Positions 10,521-20,914 of a stretch of 64,000 nt of DNA are shown piece by piece. The position numbers were made by a program, and so were the translations under genes. Position 1 is the stretch's first letter. Every line of letters begins with the position of its first letter. Under the pieces are notes generated by a model. That model ran no database searches and was not told the origin of the DNA. It saw only the letters and a list, made by a program, of their open reading frames with translations. This stretch comes from an uncultured bacterium (GTDB lineage: Bacteria > Hydrothermota > Hydrothermia > B15-G9 > WFZT01): assembly GCA_964398355.1 (NCBI GenBank), contig CAYNMM010000030.1, positions 2,264 to 66,263 on the forward strand, written 5' to 3'.

Positions 10521-11350
10521 AATTGCATGTCCTCGTAGGCATTTAAAAGTTCTTCAAGGATCTCCCTTCGTACCTCTCTCACCCTAATGTCACGTCTCCT
10601 CAACCTTTTGGATTCTTCAAGATCTATTTCCACAACTTCAATGAGCTCTTCAAGTAGCGGTAATTCCCTGACAATTTTTCCTGAAGCGCTCAAAGCCATA
10701 CTGCCCCCCCAGTAAGTAACACCATCCTGTATGCCTGATTGATTTACAAAAACTGCTGGTAGAATATTGTCTCTAACTCTTTCACGTAGAAAGTCCTTCC
10801 ATAAATTGTTTTTATCCCGGTCATAAGGAGAAGCCGAGAGTACAATCAGGATTTCAGCTCCACGGAAAGTTACGGCTCTCGAGGGCTCAGGAAACCACAC
10901 ATCTTCACATATCAAGACACCAAGAATACCGTGTGGTGTCCTGAAGACAGGTAGTTTACTCCCTGGCTTAAAATATCGTTTTTCATCAAAAAGACGGTAA
11001 TTCACAAGCTGTACCTTGTGATATTTTCCAATTATTTCGCCATTTACGATTATCGCTGCTGCGTTATAGAAAAACCCCCTTTCATCCCGGTCGACAAAAC
11101 CGATGACGCCGGTTATGCCCGCTTCCTCCAGTGAAATACGGATTTCTTCAAGGGCATCGAGATTCTCATTAACTTTGTCAAGATAAATATCACCAGACCC
11201 GAAACCAATGGTTGATAGCTCTGGTGTAACAATAATGTCCGCATCGAGCTCTTTAGCCTTAAAAATTCCCTCAATAATCTTCTTCTTGTTCCCCTGTACG
11301 TCCCCTAATTTCGTTTCGATCTGAGCAAGTGCAATTCTCAACTTTTTCAT
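10517..11350 (-). CDS. Carbon-nitrogen hydrolase (nitrilase superfamily), glutaminase domain of glutamine-dependent NAD synthetase as a separate polypeptide
   Basis: The nitrilase E-K-C catalytic triad is recognisable in context (PELS, KVQLVNY, LICEDVWFPE). It is translationally coupled to nadE. Confidence 0.7.
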   Translation of the reverse strand: MKKLRIALAQIETKLGDVQGNKKKIIEGIFKAKELDADIIVTPELSTIGFGSGDIYLDKVNENLDALEEIRISLEEAGITGVIGFVDRDERGFFYNAAAIIVNGEIIGKYHKVQLVNYRLFDEKRYFKPGSKLPVFRTPHGILGVLICEDVWFPEPSRAVTFRGAEILIVLSASPYDRDKNNLWKDFLRERVRDNILPAVFVNQSGIQDGVTYWGGSMALSASGKIVRELPLLEELIEVVEIDLEESKRLRRRDIRVREVRREILEELLNAYEDMQL

Positions 11351-11351
11351 A

Positions 11352-11666
11352 TTATTCCGCCAGTGTTAATTCCACCCTTCTTCCAATTTTTACAATTTTG
11401 CCCGGTAAAGGGTACTGTTCCACTACCGTTTGAGGGGGAGCGGGATAAGTTTTGTATCCCTTTATTACGGGAATAAGTCCTGATTTCACAAGGGTCTTAT
11501 TCGCCTTTGACAGTGTAAAGCCACGCACGTCAGGAACTTTTACCTCCTGTCCATGTTTTGTATATATTGGCATTATTACAATGTCTGCCACGAGAACAGT
11601 AGCCAGAGAAAGGACTCCAAAGGTTATAAGTGCAATTAGAATTATCTTTAAATATCGCTTCATCAC
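11352..11666 (-). CDS. Small membrane-anchored PASTA-domain protein
   Basis: An N-terminal TM helix is followed by a PASTA-like segment (VKVPDVRGFTLSKANKTLVKSGL...GKIVKIGRRVELTL). Confidence 0.4.
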   Translation of the reverse strand: MMKRYLKIILIALITFGVLSLATVLVADIVIMPIYTKHGQEVKVPDVRGFTLSKANKTLVKSGLIPVIKGYKTYPAPPQTVVEQYPLPGKIVKIGRRVELTLAE

Positions 11667-11681
11667 ATAAATTTTAAACCA

Positions 11682-12602
11682 TTAAAATAGCTTGTCAATA
11701 ATAAAGGATGCGGTTAAGAGCAGTCCAATATTTAGATGTAACTTTATTGTATAAGCGTTCGCAGGTGTAAGCAGTTTAAAATTGTTGTAGTTCGTTTCAA
11801 CGATTTTTACCGTTTTTATTGCAAGAGGTAATGTGATAAAGACTATTCCAGACCAGATGGGCAATGCACCGACAATTATACCAAGGAGCGTAATAATGTA
11901 TGTTGTGTAGAAGAGTACTGCATATATTCTGGCTGATCGTTTCAAACCAAGTCGAACCACAAGATGATTCTTGCCGGCTAATTTATCAGCCTCACTATCC
12001 TGAAATTGATTGATCCAAAGTATCAATGTAACAAGTATCGATACAGGTATTGATGCAAAAAATGGTTTCCAGGTGACAACCCCTGTCTGGACTACAAAGC
12101 CTCCAACCGTGATTAGAACGCCAAAATTCAGGCCAACCAATATCTCCCCGATACCTTTGCCAGCAAGGAATACTGGCGTTGCTGTATAAAAATAGCCGGA
12201 CAACAATCCAATAAAACCAAGAATTAAAATGATATAACCATGTCTCATGAACAGGATAAAACCAACTATAAGAGCGATCACATAGGACACGATAAATATA
12301 CGTTTAACCTCGACAGGATGAAGTAATCCATCCGGAATCATTCTTGAACCACCTGTGAAAGGAAAGGCAAAGGTTTTATTATACCTGTCAGTACCATTTT
12401 TCCAGTCATAATAATCGTTCGATGTATTGGCACCTGCGTGGAGTGCCACAACACCGATCAAAGCGAGAATAAAATCAACAAGGGAAAATTTACCATACCA
12501 TGACCAAGCCATGACTGTACCAAGAAGAAGAGGAACAATGCTCGCAGTGAAAAATGGTGGTCTTGTGGCGAGTATATATAATTTGATTTTTCCCATACTC
12601 AT
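11682..12602 (-). CDS. menA: UbiA-family prenyltransferase (MenA-like 1,4-dihydroxy-2-naphthoate prenyltransferase)
   Basis: It is a polytopic membrane protein. ANTSNDYYDWKNGTD is the Asp-rich motif of the UbiA/MenA family. Confidence 0.55.
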   Translation of the reverse strand: MSMGKIKLYILATRPPFFTASIVPLLLGTVMAWSWYGKFSLVDFILALIGVVALHAGANTSNDYYDWKNGTDRYNKTFAFPFTGGSRMIPDGLLHPVEVKRIFIVSYVIALIVGFILFMRHGYIILILGFIGLLSGYFYTATPVFLAGKGIGEILVGLNFGVLITVGGFVVQTGVVTWKPFFASIPVSILVTLILWINQFQDSEADKLAGKNHLVVRLGLKRSARIYAVLFYTTYIITLLGIIVGALPIWSGIVFITLPLAIKTVKIVETNYNNFKLLTPANAYTIKLHLNIGLLLTASFIIDKLF

Positions 12603-13273
12603 TGACTGACCCCAGTTTCGAGAAATTTTTTCAGTACCCTGAAATCATTCTTTATTTCATGCATTCTTCCAGGGTTTCTCAGAATTGCTGCAGGATGATA
12701 GGTTACGAGCAATTTAGGGCCAAAAACAGATTCTATTATCCTCCCCCTAAGTTTTGATAGTGGAATTCGATCTCTCCCTGACAAAAAGTACGCAGCAAAC
12801 CTGCCAAGAGCAACAAGTATTTCAGGTTTGATGATTTTTATTTGTTTCACAAGATAAGGGCTACAGGCTTTTATTTCGGAGGGTAGTGGATCACGATTAC
12901 CAGGTGGCCTGCATTTCAATACATTTGCAATGAAAACATCTTTTTCTCTATCAAGGTCAATTTCTCTTAAAAGTTGTGTTAAAAGTTTTCCAGCTCGACC
13001 GACGAATGGTAAACCTTCCCTGTCTTCATCTGCTCCAGGGGCTTCTCCAACAAACATTACCCTTGCATAAGGATTTCCCGATCCAAAAACATAGTTAGTT
13101 TTTTTTAGATGGAGCGGACATTTTGTACACTTATAGACTTCTTCTCGAAGTTCATTCAACTTTTTTTCTATGGTATCCACCTTTTCTCTTTCCACAATTA
13201 TTTCGTTAAACCCAAGAAATTCCTTTATGAAAAGGAGTGCCGAGAGGTTATTTTTGTCCAATTTTTTCGGCAA
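12599..13273 (-). CDS. udg: Uracil-DNA glycosylase, family 4 (Fe-S, thermostable type)
   Basis: Cysteines are present (CTKCPLH). The signature [23 protein letters not shown] is present. Confidence 0.75.
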   Translation of the reverse strand: MPKKLDKNNLSALLFIKEFLGFNEIIVEREKVDTIEKKLNELREEVYKCTKCPLHLKKTNYVFGSGNPYARVMFVGEAPGADEDREGLPFVGRAGKLLTQLLREIDLDREKDVFIANVLKCRPPGNRDPLPSEIKACSPYLVKQIKIIKPEILVALGRFAAYFLSGRDRIPLSKLRGRIIESVFGPKLLVTYHPAAILRNPGRMHEIKNDFRVLKKFLETGVSQ

Positions 13274-14426
13274 TTTTATCGAAAAGAATTATTGAAAGTT
13301 CCGATTTAGTGAGAGTTTCAATAGGTATCTTTTCTCCTTCTCGTGTCAGAATATAGCCTGAGATGAAGTCGTTGCCCATTGCAGTGGAATAATTTGCAAC
13401 GATCATATCCACTCCCTTTTCCTCCATCTTTTTCCGGGCGTTTTCAAGAAGATTTTTCGACTCGAGAGCGAATCCAACAAATACCTGATGAGGCTTCTTT
13501 GTCTTACTCAAATTTTTAAGAATGTCCTCTGTCGGTTCAAATTCAATAACAAGATTTCCGCCACGCTTAACTTTCCCTTCCCTTCTCCCTACAGGTTTAA
13601 AATCACTAACTGCAGCGGCCATTATTAAAATATCAGCATCGGGAACAATTTCCTGCAAGGTCATAGAGAGAGAGTCGACGCTTTTTGCGTAAAAAATTTC
13701 ATCGTAATAAAGGGGCTGAACTTCCACCCGACCAACTACAGCAATTACATGAGCACCTAATTCTTTGGCACGTCTTGACAGAGAAATTCCCATTTTACCA
13801 CTGGATTTATTCGTTATAACTCTAACATCATCTATTTCTTCTTCTGTACCTCCATAGGTGATTATCACTTTCTTTCCTCGTAAAATCCTCTCAGTATTTC
13901 CAATCTGGATAGCCCTTTCAATAATATCTTCGGGTTCTGCCATTCGTCCGATACCCCTGTCGCCAGAGGAAAGTTCTCCCTCGTAAGGGCCAATGAATTC
14001 ATAGCCAAAAATTTTCAATCGTTTAACATTGTCCTGGAGTACACGGCTATTCCACATTTCGGTATGCATTGCGGGGGCAAGGAGTACAGGTCTATCAATG
14101 GCTGCAATGGTAGATGTTAACAGATCATCTGCGAGTCCGTGTGCCAGTTTACCCAGAAAATGCATTGTGGCAGGAGCTACTACAACCACATCAGGCCAGC
14201 GGGCAAGCTCAATATGAAGGGGGATTTTTTGATTGGGGATCCAGAAATCATCCTCGGTGAATACATCGTTAACCGTAAGATTAGATATAGAAAGTGAGGA
14301 GATAAAATTTTCTCCACCACGGGTAAGTATAGTTTTAACCTCGTGCCCTGATTTTGTTAACAGCCTGGCAATAACTACACTTTTGTATGCCGCAATACTA
14401 CCTGTTACGCCCAGAAGGACCTTCAC
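13248..14426 (-). CDS. coaBC: Bifunctional phosphopantothenoylcysteine decarboxylase / phosphopantothenate-cysteine ligase
   Basis: The N-terminal flavoprotein motif is MKVLLGVTGSIAAYKS. The C-terminal half resembles the CoaB ligase domain. Length is 392 aa. Confidence 0.85.
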   Translation of the reverse strand: MKVLLGVTGSIAAYKSVVIARLLTKSGHEVKTILTRGGENFISSLSISNLTVNDVFTEDDFWIPNQKIPLHIELARWPDVVVVAPATMHFLGKLAHGLADDLLTSTIAAIDRPVLLAPAMHTEMWNSRVLQDNVKRLKIFGYEFIGPYEGELSSGDRGIGRMAEPEDIIERAIQIGNTERILRGKKVIITYGGTEEEIDDVRVITNKSSGKMGISLSRRAKELGAHVIAVVGRVEVQPLYYDEIFYAKSVDSLSMTLQEIVPDADILIMAAAVSDFKPVGRREGKVKRGGNLVIEFEPTEDILKNLSKTKKPHQVFVGFALESKNLLENARKKMEEKGVDMIVANYSTAMGNDFISGYILTREGEKIPIETLTKSELSIILFDKIAEKIGQK

Positions 14427-14646
14427 TAATCACCACCTTTCTAACTTTGGTTTTCTTCACGTATCTCCATTTGATTTCTCCATTTATGAGTCTCTCAAGA
14501 GCCATAATAGTTGGTTTTAGCTTTAATTTTTCTCCCTTCTCGCGCGCCTCTCTGGCAATCTTTCGAGCCTCCTTTGAAGCTATTACAATTGCTTTGTATT
14601 TATTTGGCATCACTGTCCATAAATCATCTACCGTAAATCTCTCCAT
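14398..14646 (-). CDS. rpoZ: DNA-directed RNA polymerase subunit omega
   Basis: 82 aa. MERFTVDDLWTVMPNKYKAIVIASKEARKIAREAR matches the omega consensus. It is adjacent to coaBC, as in many bacteria. Confidence 0.6.
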   Translation of the reverse strand: MERFTVDDLWTVMPNKYKAIVIASKEARKIAREAREKGEKLKLKPTIMALERLINGEIKWRYVKKTKVRKVVISEGPSGRNR

Positions 14647-14744
14647 TTTAATTCACCTCCAGGGAGTTGATTATAAAGTAATTTACACGTAGAATGAACA
14701 CCACTCACCCTCCTGCCCAATTTTTAGGCAATTGATGGAATCTA

Positions 14745-14981
14745 CTAAATTAACTTCTTTGCCTCTTCAGTGATTACATATTTTCCTTTCACAGGACTAT
14801 CCACCAATCCCCGGTTTTTGAGACCCCTTAGCTTACCTGTTACTTTTGGTGTCGGTAAATCGGCCTTCTCTGCAATTTCTTTACAACCAGCTGGCTCATT
14901 AAATGTACTCAAGGCTTTGAGTATCCTTTTCTGTATTTCATCAAGAGCTTTGGGATCTTTTGTCTTCTTACGACAAGCCAT
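14745..14981 (-). CDS. Small putative winged-helix DNA-binding protein
   Basis: 78 aa and basic. The central helix segment is IQKRILKALSTFNEPAGCKEIAEKADLPTPKVTGKLRGLKNRGLV. Confidence 0.3.
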   Translation of the reverse strand: MACRKKTKDPKALDEIQKRILKALSTFNEPAGCKEIAEKADLPTPKVTGKLRGLKNRGLVDSPVKGKYVITEEAKKLI

Positions 14982-15269
14982 CTCTTACACCTCCTTTTAT
15001 CATTCTTCTGGTGATATTAAGACATATAACCCAAACTTTCAAGATAGCGACTAAATCCTGTCGCAATATGAAATGTTAATGGAGATAATAAAAAGAAACT
15101 CCCGTTTCCTGAAACACCAGGTAGGTTTATTCCCTCGAATGATGGCAAAAAATCCAATAAAGTGTTTTCCTACCGGGTAAAAAAGGAATTTAGGTGTGGT
15201 GAAAAATATCCACTACTACGTATTATCTCGTCCATGTCAACGAATAAATAGCAATTAAATTAAGAAAAA

Positions 15270-16832
15270 TTAAAGTGGAATGTTCCCGTGCTTTTTAGGT
15301 GGTATAGATTGCCTCTTATTCTCCAATATGCGTAGTGCTTTAACAAGCCATGGACGAGTGTCTGCTGGATCAATGATATCATCGATGTATCCAAGAGATG
15401 CCGCGTAATAAGGATTGGCAAATTTATCTCTGTAATCTTTCACAAGTTCCTGCCTTAGCTTGTCTGGATCTTTGGCCTCCTTGAGTTCCCTTCTATAGAT
15501 AATTTCAACTGCACCTTCAGGTCCCATAACAGCGATTTCAGCGGTTGGCCATGCAAGGTTTATATCTGCCCTCACCTGTTTTGATCCAAGAACACAGTAA
15601 GCTCCTCCATAGGATTTTCATGTGATGATAGTGATCTTTGGGACTGTAGCCTCAGAATAGGCGTAGAGTAGCTTGGCACCATGCTTGATGATACCACCAT
15701 GTTCCTGTGCTACACCTGGTAAAAATCCTGGCACATCTTCAAATGTTATGATAGGAATGTTGAAAGCGTCACAAAATCTTACAAATCTTGCTGCCTTCAC
15801 TGATGCGTTTATGTCCAGTGCACCGGCAAGGAACATTGGCTGCTGAGCCACTATTCCAACTGGCTTTCCATCTATTCTTGCAAAGCCAACAATAATATTG
15901 GGTGCGAAATGCTCGTGAACTTCAAAAAATTCCCCATTGTCGACCACTTTGTGAATAACATCTTTCATGTCATAGGGCATATTGGAATCTTCAGGCACAA
16001 TTTTTCTTAATTCGGGGTCTCTTCGCTCTGGATCGTCCGTCGGCTCTATTCTCGGAGGGTCTTCCATATTGTTCTGAGGCAGGAATTCAAGTAATTTCCT
16101 AATATTCATAAGCACCTCTTCTTCTGTGTCATAAACAAAATGGGCCACTCCCGACTTCTCTGCATGAATGTCAGCACCTCCAAGCTCTTCATGTGTAACT
16201 TCTTCATGTGTTGTCTTCTTAACAACATCCGGGCCTGTGATAAACATGTAGCTTGTACCCCTTGCCATAAAAATGAAATCTGTCAGGGCAGGGGAGTACA
16301 CAGCGCCACCAGCTGATGGACCGAGGATGGCAGAGATCTGAGGAATTACACCGGATGCAAGCGTGTTTCTTAAAAATATCTCAGCATAACCAGCAAGACT
16401 GCCTACACCTTCCTGAATGCGTGCACCACCGGAATCATTAAGGCCAATAACAGGAGCTCCTACTCTCATTGCAAGATCCATAATCTTTTTTATTTTTTCT
16501 GCATGCGCCAGAGAAAGGGTGCCCCCAAATACTGTGAAATCCTGGGAAAATACAAACACCAATCTCCCATTTATAGTACCAAATCCCGTGACAACACCAT
16601 CTCCCAGAATCCTCTTTTTCTCAAGACCAAAATCATAAATTCGATGAGTTACAAATTGATCAATTTCCTGAAAGGAGCCCTCATCAAGCAAAATATCAAG
16701 CCTTTCACGGGCAGTAAGCTTTCCCTTATCATGTTGCCTCTTTATTCTCTCCTCACCACCACCCAATTTTGCAAGTTCTCTCAGTTTTTTCAATTCTTCC
16801 AGTTTTTTTTCTATATCCATCTTAACCTCCAT
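15270..16832 (-). pseudogene. pccB: Propionyl-CoA / methylmalonyl-CoA carboxyltransferase beta subunit (PccB/MmdA family) interrupted by an in-frame TGA at 15618-15620
   Basis: Two ORFs lie in the same frame. Read across the stop, the translation is ...[49 protein letters not shown]. That matches the conserved PccB segment ...ITRKAYGGAY...[13 protein letters not shown]. The stop replaces the conserved Arg. Confidence 0.7.
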
Positions 16833-17961
16833 TAAATTGTTCTTTATCCCTCAGTGCTACCTCTTCAAACAATGCCCATGTCTTGTCTGTAGAATCAAGT
16901 ATACCTTCAAGCCTGAGTCTTAAGCTCTCCTTGTTTGTTGAGAATTCAAGGGCAGTTTCCTTTGTGATCAATCCACGCTTATAAAGATAAAAGAGAGACT
17001 GGTCAAAGGTTTGCATTCCGTAAGGTACATACCCCTCTGAGATAGCGTCGTAGATCTCAGGAAGTCTCTCTGGATTTTTTATCATCTCTTTTATCCTCTC
17101 TGTCACTACCATTATCTCGACTGCAGGGACCCGACCTCTTCCATCAGCTGTCGGAACAAGTCTTTGCGATATTACCGCTTTTAAAACTGACGCAAGCTGA
17201 ATTCTGACCATTTCCTGCTGATAAGGTGGAAAGATAGAGATAATTCGATTGATTGTTTCTTTGGCATCAAGCGTGTGGAGAGTTGACATGACAAGATGAC
17301 CTGTCTCAGCTGCCAATAAAGCTGTTGAAATAGTTTCCAGATCCCTCATTTCTCCCACCATTATAATATTGGGATCCTGTCTAAGAGCCTCTTTAAGACC
17401 AAGCTGAAAAGACTTTGTATCGATTCCAACCTCCCTTTGTGAGATAATACTATTAATTTCCTCGATTTCGTATTCTATCGGATCTTCAATCGTTATGATA
17501 TTTACGGTTTTCAACTTGTTAACATGGTTTATCATTGCTGCAAGTGTGGTGGATTTCCCCGTACCTGCAACCCCTGTCACAAGAATTAACCCTCTCTCTT
17601 CAAGAGCGATTTTCTCCACAACTCTCGGCAAATTTAACTCTCTTATCGACTTGATTTTACTGGGAATAATCCTGATCGCTATGGCATATTTCCCCTTTTG
17701 ATGAAAAACGTTAACCCTATAACGGCCAAGAGGATCTGAGAAGCCACTATCAATCGCAAGTTCTGAATCAAGGATTCTTAACTGCTCTGGCCTCAAAATA
17801 GTTTTTATAATGTTATAAATCGCATTATCAGATAGAGGAGCAATCTCTTTCAAAACACGTAACTTCCCATAAATTCTCAGGATAGGTGGTTTACCCGGCT
17901 TCAAATGAATATCTGATGCATGACTTTTCCTTGCAAATTTTAATAGTTCAAAGAAATTCAC
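16822..17961 (-). CDS. pilT: Type IV pilus retraction ATPase PilT/PilU family
   Basis: Walker A is [20 protein letters not shown]. The Walker B region [13 protein letters not shown] is present. Length is 379 aa. Confidence 0.8.
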   Translation of the reverse strand: MNFFELLKFARKSHASDIHLKPGKPPILRIYGKLRVLKEIAPLSDNAIYNIIKTILRPEQLRILDSELAIDSGFSDPLGRYRVNVFHQKGKYAIAIRIIPSKIKSIRELNLPRVVEKIALEERGLILVTGVAGTGKSTTLAAMINHVNKLKTVNIITIEDPIEYEIEEINSIISQREVGIDTKSFQLGLKEALRQDPNIIMVGEMRDLETISTALLAAETGHLVMSTLHTLDAKETINRIISIFPPYQQEMVRIQLASVLKAVISQRLVPTADGRGRVPAVEIMVVTERIKEMIKNPERLPEIYDAISEGYVPYGMQTFDQSLFYLYKRGLITKETALEFSTNKESLRLRLEGILDSTDKTWALFEEVALRDKEQFNGG

Positions 17962-18188
17962 AGGTCAAATTTTATGTTATCCGAAAAATTTAGTCAATAA
18001 TAGAGGACTTAAAGGTTAAATCAAAAAGCTAAAAGAGTAACAGTATTCTTTGATTCGCTTCAAACGATGCATCATGGATTTTGTAAGTGGATCCCAGAAG
18101 AGGGATAGTTTTATTTTTTTGATTTCTTCTGATATGCAGGATTAAAATTGCGTTGACTATTCTGCAATTTTGACAGAATAATTGATAC

Positions 18189-19478
18189 ATGCTACTAATA
18201 TTCCTCATCAGTCTTGCACTTGAAATTCCGACTGGATATGGGCAATTCTCATTCAACCCTATTTATTTTTTGAAAACCCAAAGTGTTTACGGAGATTATG
18301 TTAATCCAATTCTACCATCGAATATTTTAATCGCCGACTTCTATGTTCCTTACAACGATGATATTTCCTTGTATTTTTCCAAATCTTTTGACATGAAGAC
18401 CTCTATTTTCTCTTTCGATTTTATACCTAAAGTTTACAATGTGAAAAAAGCTTTAACGATTCTCAACTCCTGTAGAGGTTCCAACGATTTTTCATACGCT
18501 GGCTTATTCTTTAGAGAGGGTTATAAAAATCTCACTTTCTCTTTTTCAGGGGATTTTTCCTCACTTCCAGCTTATAGAACATCTGCCCTTAACCCTCGTA
18601 TTGATTATATTCATGGGCGTGGAAAATCATCCGTATTTTTTTACAGATTCAAAAGAGATTCGATTAGATATGTAAAAATACTTTTAATCGAAAATAAATT
18701 CGATGGCGGCAAAAAAAACATAGATTTAATTTATGGAGAATCCCTCAAAGATCGAGTTTACTACTTTTCCGGAATCAAGACTGAATTTCAGATAAGAAAT
18801 ATTACCTTCGATGGTCTTGGAGAAAAAACTTCCGACGGCAGTTTTACGTGGAAAGTAACTTTAAGAAAATCTTCTTTTAAAGTTGGACTAACTTCCCCGT
18901 TCGGTAAAAGGGATAATATTCTACCAATAATTTTTGTCAGGAAGAAATTTGGAAAAATTTTTGTAAACCTATCGGGTAACTCTGTACAGCCTGATAGTCC
19001 GGACTCAAATTACCGATATTACTCGATTGCCGGAATCGGAGTAGATTTTTCACGCTTATTAAAACTTTACCTGGGGACAGGAAATCTTGGAGAAGGTGAT
19101 ATGTATGCCGGTGGATATAAATTTATTACCGGAAATGTATTCTTTTCCACTATTGTTAAAAGCATAAAATTTAAATTTGCCGGAAATTTCTTCAAACCTC
19201 TTGACGATGTGAATATGGATAGAGACTTCAATTCCAGATTTACCGTTTCGTACAGGAGAAAATTTGGAAGTGACTCATCCTTACGTATTGGAATTTTCCT
19301 TGATTACTTCGGAGATCATACGGTTCACCTTTCCGTTTTCTCGGACTTTGTTCTTTTTGGCAGTGTTAAATTAAGGGTAGAGGAGTACAATTTGAATAGA
19401 TCTTCATATCCATTCAATTATCCAGGGAACAGCGACAATTTTTACAGAATTTCTGTTGTCACCTATTTATGGGATTAA
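18189..19478 (+). CDS. Hypothetical protein, probably an outer-membrane beta-barrel (signal peptide; rich in F/Y/G/S alternating segments)
   Basis: The N-terminus is hydrophobic (MLLIFLISLALEIPTGYG). There are many amphipathic beta-strand-like stretches. I recognised no family. Confidence 0.35.
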   Translation: MLLIFLISLALEIPTGYGQFSFNPIYFLKTQSVYGDYVNPILPSNILIADFYVPYNDDISLYFSKSFDMKTSIFSFDFIPKVYNVKKALTILNSCRGSNDFSYAGLFFREGYKNLTFSFSGDFSSLPAYRTSALNPRIDYIHGRGKSSVFFYRFKRDSIRYVKILLIENKFDGGKKNIDLIYGESLKDRVYYFSGIKTEFQIRNITFDGLGEKTSDGSFTWKVTLRKSSFKVGLTSPFGKRDNILPIIFVRKKFGKIFVNLSGNSVQPDSPDSNYRYYSIAGIGVDFSRLLKLYLGTGNLGEGDMYAGGYKFITGNVFFSTIVKSIKFKFAGNFFKPLDDVNMDRDFNSRFTVSYRRKFGSDSSLRIGIFLDYFGDHTVHLSVFSDFVLFGSVKLRVEEYNLNRSSYPFNYPGNSDNFYRISVVTYLWD

Positions 19479-20702
19479 TTCATAAATTGTGTTTTTACCC
19501 TTGCCAACCTTTTTCAAAATTCCTCTTTTTACGAGATTGCTGAGATCGAGTCTTGCTGTTCTCTCCGACACCCCCATTAATTTTTCATAGTCTTTCCTTG
19601 TTATATATCCTGTATTTTTTATATACTCCAGAAGTTTTCTTTCCCTTTCATTCAATCTCCGTGACTGTGCAGAGATTCTAAATCCAATTTTTGCCATAAT
19701 TCCTCCCTGGTATTTTTCAAAAACTACCGGGTCCATGTTACACAGAAGCGAATTTTTATTTATGATAGAGAGGCCTGAACCTGATGAATTTATTATACCC
19801 ATTATTCCGGCAAATTTATAAAGGAATGGATTACGAATATATGGGGAAAATGGCCTGGGAACGTCACTTTCATTATATGGTATTCCTGGATTCCATATAT
19901 CAATTTCTCTGTCAAGATACTGTACAACTACAGGTATAGGAACAGTATAATCCTTGTGAATTAATGCGTTTGCAGTGATTTCGTTGAGAATAGCTTTCAG
20001 GCAATCACGGAACCGGTTATAATTAAGTGATTGATACAACTGGACTTTTTCCAATTTACTTAATACTAATTGCGATACCTTTCCTATAAGTTCTGGAATA
20101 TTCCCCGTTAACTTTTCAATCTCACCACCTGAATGCTTGAACACTACGTAAGCTCCATTAATGTAAAGATCCGGCCTTTTGCCCGTTAGCAATATTAAAG
20201 TTTTTGATGGTTGACCCTTTTTTATAAGACCTGACGTTTCAAAAACATTTAAAACCCCCGATTCATATAATTCCTCGATTTTGCTCTTTAACTTTTCAAC
20301 CTGATGTTTTTCGAAAAAATCAGGTGATAAAACAGGAAGTGTTTCCTCTGTTATATCTATAGCCGGTAAATGAATCAATGAGATGATGTCCTCCCTTTTT
20401 GGGATTTTGAGCTCATTTCCTTTAAAAATCCATATCTTTCCCTGTTTTGAATAAGGTTTTAAAGGTCCATCCGGTACGATAATATACGATAAATCTCCCT
20501 GGTTAAGGATAGAAATTTCAATGGGTGGGTCAATTTTGTTTCTATCAATAAAAAAGTCACTTTCACATCTTATAGAGATGATTCCGCCACCTGAATTTGC
20601 CAGGCCAACTATGTAATCACAAAGCCTTGATTCCTTTTTACAATCAAGCTGAACTTTATTTTTAAATTTTCTCAGAATTTCATTCAAAATTTCCGGCAAC
20701 AT
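19467..20702 (-). CDS. COG2865-type putative regulator: Schlafen-like AlbA_2 domain + HATPase_c_4-like domain + C-terminal winged HTH
   Basis: VGLANSGGGIISI fits the AlbA_2 core. ANALIHKDY resembles the HATPase_c_4 motif. The C-terminus RKDYEKLMGVSERTARLDLSNLVKRGILKKVGKGKNTIYEL is HTH-like. Confidence 0.6.
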   Translation of the reverse strand: MLPEILNEILRKFKNKVQLDCKKESRLCDYIVGLANSGGGIISIRCESDFFIDRNKIDPPIEISILNQGDLSYIIVPDGPLKPYSKQGKIWIFKGNELKIPKREDIISLIHLPAIDITEETLPVLSPDFFEKHQVEKLKSKIEELYESGVLNVFETSGLIKKGQPSKTLILLTGKRPDLYINGAYVVFKHSGGEIEKLTGNIPELIGKVSQLVLSKLEKVQLYQSLNYNRFRDCLKAILNEITANALIHKDYTVPIPVVVQYLDREIDIWNPGIPYNESDVPRPFSPYIRNPFLYKFAGIMGIINSSGSGLSIINKNSLLCNMDPVVFEKYQGGIMAKIGFRISAQSRRLNERERKLLEYIKNTGYITRKDYEKLMGVSERTARLDLSNLVKRGILKKVGKGKNTIYELIP

Positions 20703-20772
20703 ACCGGTATGATAATGAAATTTGCCGGCAACGTCAATTTATACCGGTAAATTGCCGGTATAAATTGACGTT
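20701..20772. promoter_or_regulatory. Cluster of palindromes built on an ATACCGG half-site in the 5' region of the COG2865 gene
   Basis: Three palindromes can be read directly. ATACCGGTAT lies at 20701-20710. TTGCCGGCAA lies at 20722-20731. An 18-bp perfect inverted repeat, AACGTCAATTTATACCGG-taaattg-CCGGTATAAATTGACGTT, lies at 20730-20772. Confidence 0.45.
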
Positions 20773-20857
20773 TTCATGTCACCTAAGTTCTGTGGAAAAC
20801 GTAATTTTCAAATATCAAACATTTATGAAGTTTATTGCAATTCATGTAAATTACATT

Positions 20858-20885
20858 TTGAAATTCAAGATATTGCATTTATAAT
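20858..20885 (+). promoter_or_regulatory. Sigma70-like promoter of the TRAP operon
   Basis: -35 TTGAAA, a 16-nt spacer, then -10 TATAAT. A GGAGGAG Shine-Dalgarno sequence lies 8 nt before the ATG at 20915. Confidence 0.35.
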
Positions 20886-20914
20886 AGTCTAAAATTTCGA
20901 GGAGGAGACGGATT

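Noticed and set aside
15618-15620. I considered reading the in-frame TGA in pccB as evidence of an alternative genetic code (TGA as Trp or Gly) or of selenocysteine.
   Set aside because: sbcD (1401-1403) and mdh (8582-8584) both clearly terminate at TGA next to well-defined downstream genes. The interrupted position also aligns with a conserved Arg, not Cys or Sec.
18700-18720. A8 and T8 homopolymer tracts inside predicted outer-membrane protein genes (also about 62601-62612) as possible phase-variation switches.
   Set aside because: Runs of 7-8 A or T are expected by chance at this base composition. They are in-frame in the current assembly and not near gene starts.
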